DNA from: an uncultured delta proteobacterium
GTDB lineage: Bacteria; Desulfobacterota; Binatia; UBA9968
Assembly (NCBI GenBank): GCA_963847445.1
Contig: CAWJZV010000044.1
Location: forward strand, 1 to 64,000
Reading direction: 5' to 3'
DNA: 64,000 nucleotides
Of this stretch, positions 23,431-34,806 are shown in pieces. The notes below the pieces were generated by a model. The model made no database searches, was not told the origin of the DNA, and worked only from the letters and a program-made list of their open reading frames with translations. A program made the position numbers and the translations under genes. The first letter of the stretch is position 1; every line of letters starts with the position of its first letter.

Positions 23431-25390
23431 TTATTTCCATCTTCGAAAAAAGTTCATTTGGTTTCTCTGGAAGGTTTTTTTTCTCGCAGCAACTGCTCTG
23501 CCTCCTCGTCGGATAGCTGTTTCAATCGTCTCAAGCATCTGCTCCAGTATCATGATCCTGCGCCTGCCGCGGCGGCATTTTGTGATCGCTAGAGCAAGTG
23601 CTGCGATCGTCGGTGATTCAAAAAGGCATGAAGCGGCATCGTCAACTTGAAAGCTCTGCGTAATTCGCGACACAATCCGCCCAGCACTTAAGGAATTGCC
23701 GCCCAAGTCGAACAAATTATCATGAACGCCAATCGGATGGATTGTAAGCACTTCCTGCCAAATTCTGACCAATTCGCTGCTCGTCGGCATTGCTCGCCGG
23801 CACGTAAGCTTGCTTCAACTGTGGCCGGGCATTGTCGGGCTTTGGCAACGCTCTACGGTCCAGCTTGCCATTCGCAAAGGGCAGCGAATCGATAAACATA
23901 AATACGCCGGGGATCATGTAATCGGACAGCTTCAATTCAAGAAATTTGCGCAATTCCTCAACATCCAGACCGACTTTGTCCTTTGCCACGATATAGGCCA
24001 CTAGAGATTTGTCTTCTGGCTCGCGTTCCCAGACGGCAACGGCAGCTTCGCTGATTTGCGGATGGCTCAGAAGAGTCCGCTCGACCTCGCTGATTTCCAC
24101 GCGAAATCCACGAATCTTGACCATCAAGTCTTTGCGGCCAACATGAACTAGAAAGCCGTCGGAAAGCATTCGAGCCCAGGTCACCGGTTCGATATATACG
24201 CTCGTCCGGAGATTCAGGCGGGGTCAAGAACTTGGCCGCGTTACGCTCGGGGTTCTTCCAATAGCCGCAGGTGAGATACCGGCTCTGCAGCACGATTTCG
24301 CCGATTTCCCCGGGAGCAACCTCATTACCGTTATCGTCCAGCAGGCGTACCTTCTTCCAAGGAGCTGGGTACCCTACCGGCACCCCGTCCGTCGGAAAGA
24401 CAAAATCGTGGTCCACAATGGCGCCACAAATCCTTCTGGTTTCCGTCGAACCCATGTTGATTTGCAACTGTCGTAGTTTTTGGGAAGCATTTCTTATACA
24501 GGTCGAATTCGATGCTGGTAACCGGCGCCCCGGTGAGGCGAATCTTTCTTAGAGTCGCGGGCGCGCGGTGTTTTCAAAAATTGGCGCTAGGGATCGAAAC
24601 GCTACGGGCGGCAAATGACAGATGGTAATTTCTTGTTCCTTCAACCAGGCGGCAAATCGATCCATACCTTCGGCTTTCAAATCAAACTGACAAACAGCAG
24701 CGCCATTAAGTAGCGAGTAAAATATATCGCCTCGGCCCGACCCAAAGGCTACGGAATGTACCAGGCTCGATCTATCTTCGGGATTCGTGTCATCGAGCAG
24801 GGCCAAGTGCATGTTGACCAAATGGTTGTCGACGACGCCTTTGGGCTCCCCCGTGGAGCCGGAGGTATAAAGAATGCTGACGAATTCATCAGGCCGTTTT
24901 TTCGATCCGAGATTGTCGTCGCCCAGGTTGCCAGCCATTTCATCGATGTTGACAATGGACGTTTGCTCGTTCTGGAACTGCCGCGCTAGACCGAGAGTCG
25001 AATGATTCGTAACGATGACGCCAGCCTCTGAGTGATGCAAAATCTGCCCGATCTTGTTTCGCCGGAAACGAAGTATCGAGCACCGACAAAGAACTTGCCC
25101 GGACTTAAGCACACCCAGCATGGCTGCCACGATGTCGATCACATCGTCCAGCAACAATGCGATCGGTTCACTTTTGGGATCGCGGCGATTCAGCAATGAA
25201 ACGTGCGATACGATTCGCATATCGATTAAGGGAATCGATAATCGATCGAGCGATTCTGCGTCTGGATCGCTAATTTCGTCCCAAAGAGACCAACCATCGA
25301 TTCGAAACGATCGGGAATTGTCTGTTCGATTTCGCTTTTTTTGCGCTCGAGCAATGGGCCAGTGGCGTGACAATACTTTCGCGTACATGG
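23431..25390 (-). CDS. NRPS-like adenylation + carrier (A-T) protein, multiple frameshifts; ends approximate
   Basis: YTSGSTGEPKGV, GSTET, YRTGDL, GRKD.MVKIRGFRVE, NGKLDR, carrier motif DNLFDLGGNSL. Confidence 0.75.
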
Positions 25391-25883
25391 TCCGTCCCTC
25401 TGCCTCTGATGATAACTTTGTCCTCAGATGTGCTCCCGCCCGCGTTATGGACAATCTTCAAACGACCACGCGTACATGCATGGGGCCCATGGGTTGCACA
25501 CCGCACTGATCCGCCGCTGACCGATGCACCAGACGAATCGAGGAACCCGAATAGGCTTTCGTTGCCATGATGTGAGGAATTTTAAGCGATCGGACAATTC
25601 TTCTCAATCGAAGAATAATATTGACCGAACCGAGACAATGACACTTGGCGCGCTATCAATACTTCGATGGGGTCAGGATCCGCGAAAACAGCCAACTTTC
25701 CGCTGTTACGGTTCTTGGCACTCGTCTCCGCGCTTAGCGAGCACGCCGGGATTGCGACGACACAGGTGGTGACAACACGCGAGCACTGGGCGCGAGCATT
25801 GGATTTCGAAAATTGATCCATAACGGTGGCCAGGCCGTTCACCCGCGCCAGCCCCAACCGTGATCGCCCGATGACCGAAAAAT

Positions 25884-26339
25884 CTATCGACCGCGCATCG
25901 TCCAATTATTGCCCTCTCTCTGGGCGCAAAAATTACCGGTCGCATCGATGGCGCGCGGGGTTTCCTCGATATCGGCGATGACGACAAAACAATGACGTGC
26001 CTGGCTAAAGCGGTAGCGAGTATCCGGTTGCACCGTGACCTCGTTCGAACCGGGACGGAAATAGTAAACCCGCTTGGTGGCTACCGTGATGTTACCCGGG
26101 CGCTCTTGGACCTGCAGGGTGGTGGCGCATTCACCGTCGGTATCGGCCTGAACGACCACGCGCCAACTACGAATCTGCTGCCCTTGACCGATGGGATCCG
26201 GCGAAATATCCAGGTCAACGATTCGCATCTTGGTTTGTTTCCCACATAGCGACCAGCCCTGCCCCGATCCGCCGGTGACGCAACCGGCCAGGGCCGTCAG
26301 CCCAAGCACTCCCAACGACCACATTTTTAGATTGTTCAT
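25884..26339 (-). CDS. Hypothetical lipoprotein
   Basis: Lipobox LAGC after hydrophobic stretch; four further Cys, beta-rich. Confidence 0.65.
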   Translation of the reverse strand: MNNLKMWSLGVLGLTALAGCVTGGSGQGWSLCGKQTKMRIVDLDISPDPIGQGQQIRSWRVVVQADTDGECATTLQVQERPGNITVATKRVYYFRPGSNEVTVQPDTRYRFSQARHCFVVIADIEETPRAIDATGNFCAQREGNNWTMRGR

Positions 26340-26476
26340 TCTTGCGGTCCTCTCTCGTGTTGATGATCGGCTAAGCTTCACGGCGACCCGTGACACAAAT
26401 TACAATTGACCAGTATTCAATTGAAAAATCAACGTGCTGCGGGAGCAGGAAACCTATCGCGATTTAGCGCTATCTC

Positions 26477-26507
26477 AGGCCGGGGCGAAAAATTTTCGCC
26501 CCGGCCT
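26477..26507. terminator. Palindromic hairpin (terminator or REP)
   Basis: AGGCCGGGGCGAAAA-A-TTTTCGCCCCGGCCT just downstream of the minus-strand gene ending at 26528. Confidence 0.65.
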
Positions 26508-26527
26508 CACGATAGGGTTATTCGCTG

Positions 26528-27544
26528 CTAGAATCCGATTCTCCTCGGCTTCGACTCGGCGGGATGTGGACCGTAGAGGTCGGTCTCCATCAGTTGCGCG
26601 ACTTTCTCGCCGGCTTCGGTGAGGCGCAGAGTCGACCGTGACTCGAGCATCCAAGCATAGTACCCCTCCGCAACATCCTCCGTCGGACCATGATGGGCGA
26701 CGCCTTTGGGCACCCAGGTCAAAGTTCCCGGATCCTTTACAGCTCCCCAGGCGCCCGGGCCGGCGAAGTAAAGAATCATTTCATCGTAATCCGCATTGTA
26801 ATGGATCGGCGGCCTGCGCCGGCGGCGCGCGCTCAGCGTGTATAACAACTCATCGTTGTGCGGCGAGGCGGCAAACTGGGTCGGGGGGCCCGCTTCGTTG
26901 GGTGGAATGTTCTTGAGATTGATTTTCCACACCGGATTGGTGCCGCCGCTGACGGACACCATCGCCAGCGGATTATCCGGCTTGACGTATCGCGTGATGC
27001 CGTCGAACGACTTAACCAACAGGATCGTTTCGACGGCTGGCGCCGGGGAACTCTCGATGCTGGCGGTTTCGCTCTGGGGAGAAAACGTCGGCGCCGCGTC
27101 AAATCTCACGGCTCCGGGAGTTTCGACGATCAACGACAAGGTCGGTCCTCTTTCCGTGACAACTCGGTAGGGAACCGCCCTCGGGATAAAAACAAAATCG
27201 CCCGGGCGACCGGTGATGTTGCCGTAAGCCGTGGCGAACTGGACGTCACCGTCCTGGATGAAATGAACTTCATCGGCTTCGACATTGGAGATCACAAAGG
27301 GCATCGCTCGTTCCCTGGCGGAGACACATAGCTGGGCTCCCGTGCGGCTTACGAAAATCGCTACCGGCAAGGCGTGCGCATCGCTTCGATCCGGCAACGA
27401 CAGCGCGCCGAGGTTCAAGCGATGCGGCGCATGGAGCCCGCTGACCTGAACAAAGTCAGGCACATGATGCGGGCGCACGACGTTCACCCCATCGCCGGAG
27501 AATCCTTCCCGCCCCCAATGTTCGATAAATTGTTGCTCGGCCAT
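26528..27544 (-). CDS. Homogentisate 1,2-dioxygenase-like bicupin
   Basis: GREGFSG, NVEADEVHFIQDG, PIHYNADYDE...AHHG (H/E/H metal motif); own RBS GGAGG before ATG 27544, in frame with upstream gene. Confidence 0.75.
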   Translation of the reverse strand: MAEQQFIEHWGREGFSGDGVNVVRPHHVPDFVQVSGLHAPHRLNLGALSLPDRSDAHALPVAIFVSRTGAQLCVSARERAMPFVISNVEADEVHFIQDGDVQFATAYGNITGRPGDFVFIPRAVPYRVVTERGPTLSLIVETPGAVRFDAAPTFSPQSETASIESSPAPAVETILLVKSFDGITRYVKPDNPLAMVSVSGGTNPVWKINLKNIPPNEAGPPTQFAASPHNDELLYTLSARRRRRPPIHYNADYDEMILYFAGPGAWGAVKDPGTLTWVPKGVAHHGPTEDVAEGYYAWMLESRSTLRLTEAGEKVAQLMETDLYGPHPAESKPRRIGF

Positions 27545-29053
27545 AACTACCTCCGTTCTCGGACACCGCTTGGCGACATCGATATGACTCGTAAACTGCG
27601 CACTTAACTCTCGCATGGTCAGTGAAAAATCGCCCTTGCGAATATATACATGAGCAAGCTTCTTCTTGCCGAGCTCCTCGATCAGACGCAACAAAGGTTT
27701 GCCCGCATTCAAATACGATCGACGCGGCGGCGCATTTTTTAACCCATCGACGAACTCGGGACCGGCGTAGTAGCGCAACAGCAATTCTTCATCGGACAGG
27801 TGGGCGCCGCCATATTGCTTGCGCACTTCAGCCAGACTCGGCTCGGGATGTGCCATCTCGGCGATTTCCCGGGCGCGCCGGCGGTCGAGAATCTTCGCTT
27901 TCACGACCGGGTCCATGTAGTCGGCACCCTCCTTGCCCCACTGGCCGAGCGCATATTGAATCACCGGATCGGTCGCTTCTTTGTAGCGCTCGCCGAGGAC
28001 CACATTGATCGCCGCCTGGCTGCCGACGAACTGCGCGAAGGGCGTGACCATGATCGGGTAACCCAATTCGGCGCGCACTTGAGCGATCTCGTCGAGCACC
28101 GCGGCAAGTTTTTCCTCTTTGCCCATGAGCTTCAACTGGTGGCGCAGGTTGGAAATCATGCCGCCCGGCACCTGGTGGCCGTACCAGGCTTGATCGTACT
28201 CCCGCGGCGCGCCGGTGGGAAGGTTTTCCGCCGCGGCGATGCGCGAGAAATGCTCGCGCACCGGCGGCAACACTGCGGTGTTGACCATCGGCTGGTAACC
28301 CAAGGCGCGCAGATTGCTGACGACGTTAAAAATCGACGGCTGGGAAGAGCCGTTGGCCAGCGGTGGAATCGCCGTATGGACGATGCGCACGCCTTCCTTG
28401 ACCGCTTCGAGCAAGTTAAACGGCGCCAAGCCGTTGTTGCAATGGGCGTGAAACTCGAGCGGGGTCTCGCCGATATTTTGCTTGATCAGCCGCACCAGCG
28501 TGCGCGTGCGCTCGGGCGTCAACATGCCGCCGACATCCTTGAAACAGAGCCGGTAGGGCTTCAACGCCGCGGCGTCGCGCGCCTTGCGCGCGTAATATTC
28601 GTCGGTATGGCGCGGCGAGATCGCGTAGATCAAATTCATCACCGTATCCATGCCGAGCTTTTTCAGCTCGATCGCTTCCTTGCCGAGCAGCTCGAAATTA
28701 TTCCAAGCGTTGGAAGTGCGCGTCAGATCGATGCCGTATTTGGCGACGGTCGAAATCACCAGGCGGCGAATGCATTCGGGGATGAATTCAAAGCCGCTGT
28801 GCAAGCCGCCGTGATAGCGCAGCCGGGTTTTCTTGATCTCTTTAGTGCCCAGGCGCAGCCAGTCCCAGGGATTTTCCTTATGCTCGCGGACAAATTTCTT
28901 GAAGCGCAGGCTCAAGAAAAACTCCATGGAATCGAAGCCCGCTTCGTCCATATGGCGCAGCGCCGGCAGCATCATCCCCGTCGTCATGCCATAAGCCCAC
29001 AGGCTGATGTCGCCGTCGCGTAAGGTTGTATCGACGATGCGCACTTCTTCCAT
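27545..29053 (-). CDS. Pyruvate/oxaloacetate carboxyltransferase subunit (PycB/OadA-like, no biotinyl domain)
   Basis: DTTLRDG, FKDVGG, HAHC, HQVPGGMISNL, YPIMVTP; reads through into downstream cupin. Confidence 0.85.
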
Positions 29054-29360
29054 TTGACCACCTTGCGAGAAGCGAATTTATTCTAGCGCCGGTTGGACGA
29101 CGGCAGCGGCGAACCCTTAGCGCTGCGGCTATCGCGAAACTTGCCGCCGGCAGCCGGCACCAACTGCCCATCGTCGCTCAGCGCCTGGAGCGTCAACTTG
29201 AGCACGCAGAAACAAGCCCGGCTGAAGTTAATCCAGACCGGGCTTTGCCGATCACGCCAAGCAATAATTTTGTTGGGCGCCCTTTGCACTGAAATACCTA
29301 ACAGTTTGCGCAGCTTGCGCAAATTTTCCGGCAACGGGAATACTCGAACATGGGATTGAC

Positions 29361-29660
29361 TCTCGCAAAGGCGCAAAGCTCGCCAAGTTCTGAGGGAAGA
29401 GATGAATTATCTTGAATAATTTATTCACCGTTATTTTCCGACCTTTGCGGCCTTTGCGTCTCTTATGAAAATGCCGACTAGAGGCAAAAATCCCCCGGTC
29501 CTTCGGCCCGCCCCCTTTGGCAAAGGGGGCCACTGGGGGATTTTCCGTCGTTGCTTTGAACGTGGCGCAGCGCATTTTCATTTGCTGTGTTGTACCAATT
29601 GATACATGAATTACTTTGCGAGAGATATTCCGAGTTTCGGTTGCGGCTGTGCCGCGCTAG
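29361..29660. repeat. Nested REP-like inverted repeats
   Basis: TCTCGCAAAGGCGCAAAG...CTTTGCGAGA outer; ATGAAAATGC...GCATTTTCAT middle; AAAATCCCCC..CCCCCTTTGGCAAAGGGGG..GGGGGATTTT inner. Confidence 0.65.
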
Positions 29661-29699
29661 GTCAATACCGGTTAACGCCAGTCCATGCAATCGTCGCGA

Positions 29700-30632
29700 T
29701 CAGCTGTAAAGTTTGCGAATATAGCCGCTGTCGTCGATCTCCTTGACATAATGGAGATCCCACAGCGCCAGCGGATTGAACTCTTTGATCTCGGGATTGC
29801 GCTTGACGCCCAAGGCAAAGACGTTTTGAATCGCTGCGATGGACGGGTAGGGCGCGCTTTCCAGCGACTCGGCCTGGTTTTCGTAAAAGCAATTCCATTC
29901 CTCGTCGCCATGCATCTTGAGCAGCTCCGAGCAGTGTTTTTGCACGATCTTCAAAGTGTCGGCTTTGTTGGTCTTGTAGAAGTGGATGCCGTCGACCAAC
30001 GCCATGATCAGCGCGCGGGCTTCTTCTTCATGCTTTTGCACGTAGGTCGTGGTGGTCGTCAGGGTCACGCCTTCGATCATCGCCATCGACGGCAGCTCGA
30101 TGATCTTGGCGCCGAATTTTAGCGCCCGCAGTCGATCGACGGCGCGGATGAAGCTGGCGTCGTACTTGCCTTCCATGACGTCCCGCGCCCGCTCGGTGCC
30201 CTTCTTGCCGTTCTCGACTAGTTCGACATCGCGCCCCTCTTCCAAACCATGCTGGCGTAGATACAACCATACGTTGAGCCCAGTGTGGCCGTCGAAGTCG
30301 TCCATCACGACTTTCTTACCTTTGAGATCTTGCAGGCCGTTGACGCCGTTGCCGCAGACCAGGAAGTTTTCGCGCCAGGAGTTGTTGCTCTGGGCGATAT
30401 GCACATAAGGCTCACCGTGGAGCGCCTTGCGCGCGTACAAGTTGTGATGATTGCCCGAAACCACGTCGAGATCGCCGGCTTTCAGGCCGTCGGCGGCGCG
30501 CTGGCGCTGCCCTTCCAGCGACCCCATCTCCATATCCAAGCCATGCTTGCTCAAAAAACCGCACTCCTCCATCACTTTCCACAACGGCACATGACTCGGC
30601 GCGCGATAATAAATTCTGATCTTCTTTGCCAT
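29700..30632 (-). CDS. NMT1/SsuA-like solute-binding-fold protein without signal peptide
   Basis: DLKGKKV, GLEEGRDVELV, EIDDSGYIRKLY; begins MAKKIRIYYR. Confidence 0.8.
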   Translation of the reverse strand: MAKKIRIYYRAPSHVPLWKVMEECGFLSKHGLDMEMGSLEGQRQRAADGLKAGDLDVVSGNHHNLYARKALHGEPYVHIAQSNNSWRENFLVCGNGVNGLQDLKGKKVVMDDFDGHTGLNVWLYLRQHGLEEGRDVELVENGKKGTERARDVMEGKYDASFIRAVDRLRALKFGAKIIELPSMAMIEGVTLTTTTTYVQKHEEEARALIMALVDGIHFYKTNKADTLKIVQKHCSELLKMHGDEEWNCFYENQAESLESAPYPSIAAIQNVFALGVKRNPEIKEFNPLALWDLHYVKEIDDSGYIRKLYS

Positions 30633-30694
30633 GATGTATCTACCTTTCTTCTTTCACTGAACCTGGTTAAGCCAAACGAGTTTTTCTTAACTCC

Positions 30695-30728
30695 TGGAAC
30701 CTTTGGAACAGCTGGAACGATTGGAACG
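30695..30728. repeat. Short 9-bp tandem repeat (TGGAACnnn x4)
   Basis: tggaacctt tggaacagc tggaacgat tggaacg. Confidence 0.6.
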
Positions 30729-30734
30729 GCGCGC

Positions 30735-31832
30735 CTAGCGCGCCTTTAAGAGCTTCCAAACTTTATCGCGATTCTCATGCCGGCCGCCGACGATCCACTT
30801 CCAATCGGTATCGTCGAAATATTTCACACCCTTCTTGGGCATATTGCCGGGGTTGAGAAAAGATTCGTCGACATCGGTGCGCAGCGTCGCCGATCCATAA
30901 CCCTTGGCGTAGGTTTCCAAACCTTCTTTGGAGAGTATCCAGTTGGCAAACAGCTGTGCCGCCTTCGGGTGCGGCGCCTTGTTGGCCAGAGAGAGCATCC
31001 AGGGCGAGCCATTGACCGTCGGCCCGGCACCGGCGATCTCGAATATTTCGAGAACCTTGAAACCCTCTTTGACCAGCGGCCGGACATCGTCTTCCCGGCA
31101 GTCGAGACAGATCGGCTGGGTGCCGCGCGCCAACCAGTCGGTCATCTGCCGGCGCTCACGGGTGCGCACGCTCTTCTGATCGATATAGAGATTTTTCACG
31201 AACTCTTCGCCAATCTGCACATAGAAACGCGCCGCCTTGTTGGCGCCCGCGCCGGTGGTGGTGGGATCCTCGGTGGAAATCTTGCCGCGCCATTTGGGAT
31301 TGAGCAGATCTTTCATCTGGCGCAGCTCATCGGCTTTGACATGTTCGGTGTTGATGAACAGCAGCGTCGCGACGCTGCTGAACGCGCGGACGATAAACTG
31401 CTCCTGCGGATCGACGAACCAAACTTTACCGGTCTTCCATTTCGAGCCGTCGGCCACTTCCGGCATGACCAGCAGCGGCTTGAGCGGGTCGATCATCTTA
31501 TCGTTGTAAAGCTCGTTCGCCGAGGTGTCCGGGCCGGCGAGAAAAATATCGATGCTGAAAATCCCCGAAGCCCGCTCGGTCTCGACGCGGGAGACGATCT
31601 GACTCGACCGGCCGGCGACAAACTCCACGGCAATGCCGAAGCGCGCGGTGAATTTAGGTATGACGTCATTGCGCATCACCGGATCGGGCGAGCCGGCGAC
31701 CACGACTTTGCCTTCCTTCTTCGCCGCCTCGATCACGGCGGCCCATTCCTTTTCGCCGGCCTTGGGCTGTGCCCAAGCGTTTGTAAGTCCAGTAATCGCA
31801 AACATGAACATGAGTAACAACGCTCGCCACAT
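30735..31832 (-). CDS. ABC extracellular solute-binding protein (Fe3+-type)
   Basis: Signal peptide, AAKKEGKVV, DLLNPKWRGKI, APHPKAAQLFANW. Confidence 0.85.
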   Translation of the reverse strand: MWRALLLMFMFAITGLTNAWAQPKAGEKEWAAVIEAAKKEGKVVVAGSPDPVMRNDVIPKFTARFGIAVEFVAGRSSQIVSRVETERASGIFSIDIFLAGPDTSANELYNDKMIDPLKPLLVMPEVADGSKWKTGKVWFVDPQEQFIVRAFSSVATLLFINTEHVKADELRQMKDLLNPKWRGKISTEDPTTTGAGANKAARFYVQIGEEFVKNLYIDQKSVRTRERRQMTDWLARGTQPICLDCREDDVRPLVKEGFKVLEIFEIAGAGPTVNGSPWMLSLANKAPHPKAAQLFANWILSKEGLETYAKGYGSATLRTDVDESFLNPGNMPKKGVKYFDDTDWKWIVGGRHENRDKVWKLLKAR

Positions 31833-31859
31833 CGCATCTCTCCCGATTTGACAATCGCA

Positions 31860-33587
31860 TCAGTCGCTCCCCGCCAACTGCAAACCCAACTTTCGCCCCA
31901 CCAGCATCATGACGCCGATGATCACGGTAATCAGCAAACCCAGCGCCGCCGCCCGTTCCAGCTCGCCGGTGAAGCTATATTCGAGCAACAAGATCGCCAG
32001 CGGGCGCGACTGGTGGCTGTAAAGTAGCACAGGGGTACTGATGCTGGTCAAGGCGCTGCCGAAATTCATCAGCCCCACCGCCGCCGCGATCGGCGCCAAC
32101 AGCGGCAGGAGCACGCGCCGGTACGTGTAGCGCCAGGACGCGCCGCTCACCCGCGCCGCCTCTTCCAAATCGCCGCCCAATTGCAGCAGCCCGGCTTTGA
32201 AGGCCTGGGTGGTCACCGGACTGTCAGCGAGAATCAGCGCCACGGCGATACCCCAAACGCTGCCGTAAAGAAAAAACCGCAGCGGCGTCGCCAGGAACAG
32301 CCAGAGCACGCCGAGGCTTAAAAGAATCCCCGGCAGCACATGAGGTATCCAACAAAGACTTTCCAACAGTGGCCCGGTAATGGTGCGCCGCGAGACTAGT
32401 AAATAAGCCAGGGCGGAATAGAGCAAGACGCCGCCGATGGCCGTCGTGCCGGCGATGATCAAACTATTTTTCAGCGCGATCAAAAAGATCGGATCACTGA
32501 GCATGTTGTGCCAGTGGGTCAACGTGAACGGCGACGCGATGTTGAAAAAGCCGTAACGGCGCATGAACGAGCCGATGACCAGAAACGCCAGCGGCAAAAG
32601 CATCGTCACGGCGACGTAGAACAGGCAGCCGGCGAAAGCAATGTAACGCCACTGGCCCAACTTCACGCGCAATGTGGAATAACCCTGGCCGGTGACCACG
32701 GCAAAATTCTTGCCGCCGCTCAAGTACTTCCAATAAAAAAACAGCAGCACCGCGAGGACGAATAAAAACACCGAGCCCAACGCCGTCGCCTCGCCGTAAG
32801 CGCGCGGCTCGCGCTGAAGCAGGTCGTAAATCTTGGTCGAGTAGACGTAGATTCCCGCCGGCGTGCCGAGCAGCAGCTCGGTGTTGAAGGATTGCAAGCC
32901 GCGAATGAAGCTCAGCACCGAGACCGCCAATATCATCGGCGCCAAGACCGGCAGGGTAATGCGCCAGAGCATGGTCGCGGTATTGGCGCCGGCCACCCGC
33001 GCCGCCTCTTCGAGAGTCGCGCCCAACCGGCGAAACACCGGCACCAGCAACATCACCTTGAACCAAATGCCGCCGGTGGAAGTGTGCACCCAGACGATGC
33101 CCCAAAAACCGTAGGGATTGAACGGCGCGCCGTCGACCCCCGGCAAACTTTTGGCCACGCTATTGAGAAAGCCGAAGTTGGGATCGAGCAGCAATATCCA
33201 CGCGAGCACCAAGGGAAAATCCGGCACGAAGTAAGCGATCCAGCAGACCGCCTCGATAAACTTGCCGCCGGGCATGTCGGTGCGCGCGATCAGCCAGGCG
33301 AATGACACCGACAAGATCATCGCCGGAATCAGCCGCACGACTGAAAGCAGAAAACTCATCCACAAGGCGTTCAACGTAGCGCTGTCGGTAAAGGCATGAC
33401 GCCAATTGTCGATGCCGTAAACCGCCGGTTTTCCGGGCGCGCTCAGGTTGAAACTACCGGTGAGCAAGAACAGCAACGGCAATCCCATGGCGACGACGAG
33501 GAAGATCAAGAACGACAACTCCGCCAGACGAATCGGCCGGAGGTGCATTCGCCGCCATCGCGGCATGGTTGTTGCGTTTATTGCCAT
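31860..33587 (-). CDS. ABC permease (FbpB-like, two EAA repeats)
   Basis: LEEAARVAGA and LEEAARVSGA; many TM helices. Confidence 0.9.
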   Translation of the reverse strand: MAINATTMPRWRRMHLRPIRLAELSFLIFLVVAMGLPLLFLLTGSFNLSAPGKPAVYGIDNWRHAFTDSATLNALWMSFLLSVVRLIPAMILSVSFAWLIARTDMPGGKFIEAVCWIAYFVPDFPLVLAWILLLDPNFGFLNSVAKSLPGVDGAPFNPYGFWGIVWVHTSTGGIWFKVMLLVPVFRRLGATLEEAARVAGANTATMLWRITLPVLAPMILAVSVLSFIRGLQSFNTELLLGTPAGIYVYSTKIYDLLQREPRAYGEATALGSVFLFVLAVLLFFYWKYLSGGKNFAVVTGQGYSTLRVKLGQWRYIAFAGCLFYVAVTMLLPLAFLVIGSFMRRYGFFNIASPFTLTHWHNMLSDPIFLIALKNSLIIAGTTAIGGVLLYSALAYLLVSRRTITGPLLESLCWIPHVLPGILLSLGVLWLFLATPLRFFLYGSVWGIAVALILADSPVTTQAFKAGLLQLGGDLEEAARVSGASWRYTYRRVLLPLLAPIAAAVGLMNFGSALTSISTPVLLYSHQSRPLAILLLEYSFTGELERAAALGLLITVIIGVMMLVGRKLGLQLAGSD

Positions 33588-33593
33588 CGCCAA

Positions 33594-34687
33594 TCACGCT
33601 GCGCGAATGTGCAGGTGCGATGGATCGAGCGCCAAGCGGATCGTACGCGCCGATCGGGTAGCGGTGTTTTTTTGCCGCGGTCAACACGAAGGTAATCCCA
33701 CTGGCGCGGACATGATATTCGAAACTCTCGCCCAGGTAAGCGACCTGATCGACCGTGGCGATCATTTGATAGGGTTGTAGCTCGCCGTCGGCTAAGATCT
33801 CGATATCCTCTGGCCGGGTTTGCAAGTGGACGGGAACCCCGTCATCGAACGCTGCCACGAGCGCCGCCGCCGCCGGACTGGACGCGGCCATTTCCAGCCA
33901 ACTCAAGCCAACAACCAGCGGCGTTTTTAATAACCTTGCCTGGGAAACTAACCATGCGCCCCAAAAACCCGGCGGCGAATTCAGTCTGCGGCTTTTCGTA
34001 GACTTCCTCCGGTGTGCCTACCTGCTCGAATCGGCCGCGTTGCACCACCGCGATGCGGTCCGACAAAGTCATCGCTTCGGCTTGGTCATGGGTGACGTAA
34101 AGCACCGTCAGGCCCAGTCGCTTCTGTAGTGTGCGAATCTCGACGCGCATCTGCTCGCGCAGTTTAGCATCGAGATTGGACAGCGGTTCGTCGAGCAAAA
34201 GAATCTCCGGCTCGTAGACCAGCGCGCGGGCGAGCGCCACACGTTGCTGCTGACCGCCGGACAGCTCGGTCGCGCCGCGCTCGCCAAAGCCGCCGAGGCC
34301 GACGATTTCCAGCCCATGCTCGACCCGCCGGCGGACGGTCTCATTCGACTCGCGGCGCACGCGCAACGGAAATGCGACGTTTTCGAAAACCGTCAAATGC
34401 GGCCAGATGGCGTAGGACTGGAACACCATGCCGAGCCGGCGCTTTTCCGGCGGCACGCAGAAACCACGGGCGGGCGCCGCGACGCTTTTCCCAGCTATGA
34501 AAATCTCACCGCCATCGGGCTCTTCCAAACCGGCGACCAGACGCAGCGTGGTGGTCTTGCCGCAACCGGACGGCCCCAACAGGGTGAAGATCTCGCCGCG
34601 TTCGATAGCAAAGCTCACGCCGTCGACGGCATTGACCGCGCCGAAGCGTTTGACCACATCGCGAAACTCAAGAACGGCAGCGCTCAT
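33594..34687 (-). CDS. ABC ATP-binding protein (FbpC/PotA-like); frameshifts in TOBE region
   Basis: GPSGCGKTT, LSGGQQQRVAL, LLDEPLSNLD. Confidence 0.9.
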
Positions 34688-34806
34688 GGATGAAAAGTGA
34701 AAGCGATTACATCCCAGCTCCGAAACGATTTGATCGGCTTGCCTTCGATAAACTCAGGCCCTGAGCATGCCGAAGGGAACGCTTTGAACGTATTGAACGC
34801 GCCAAT

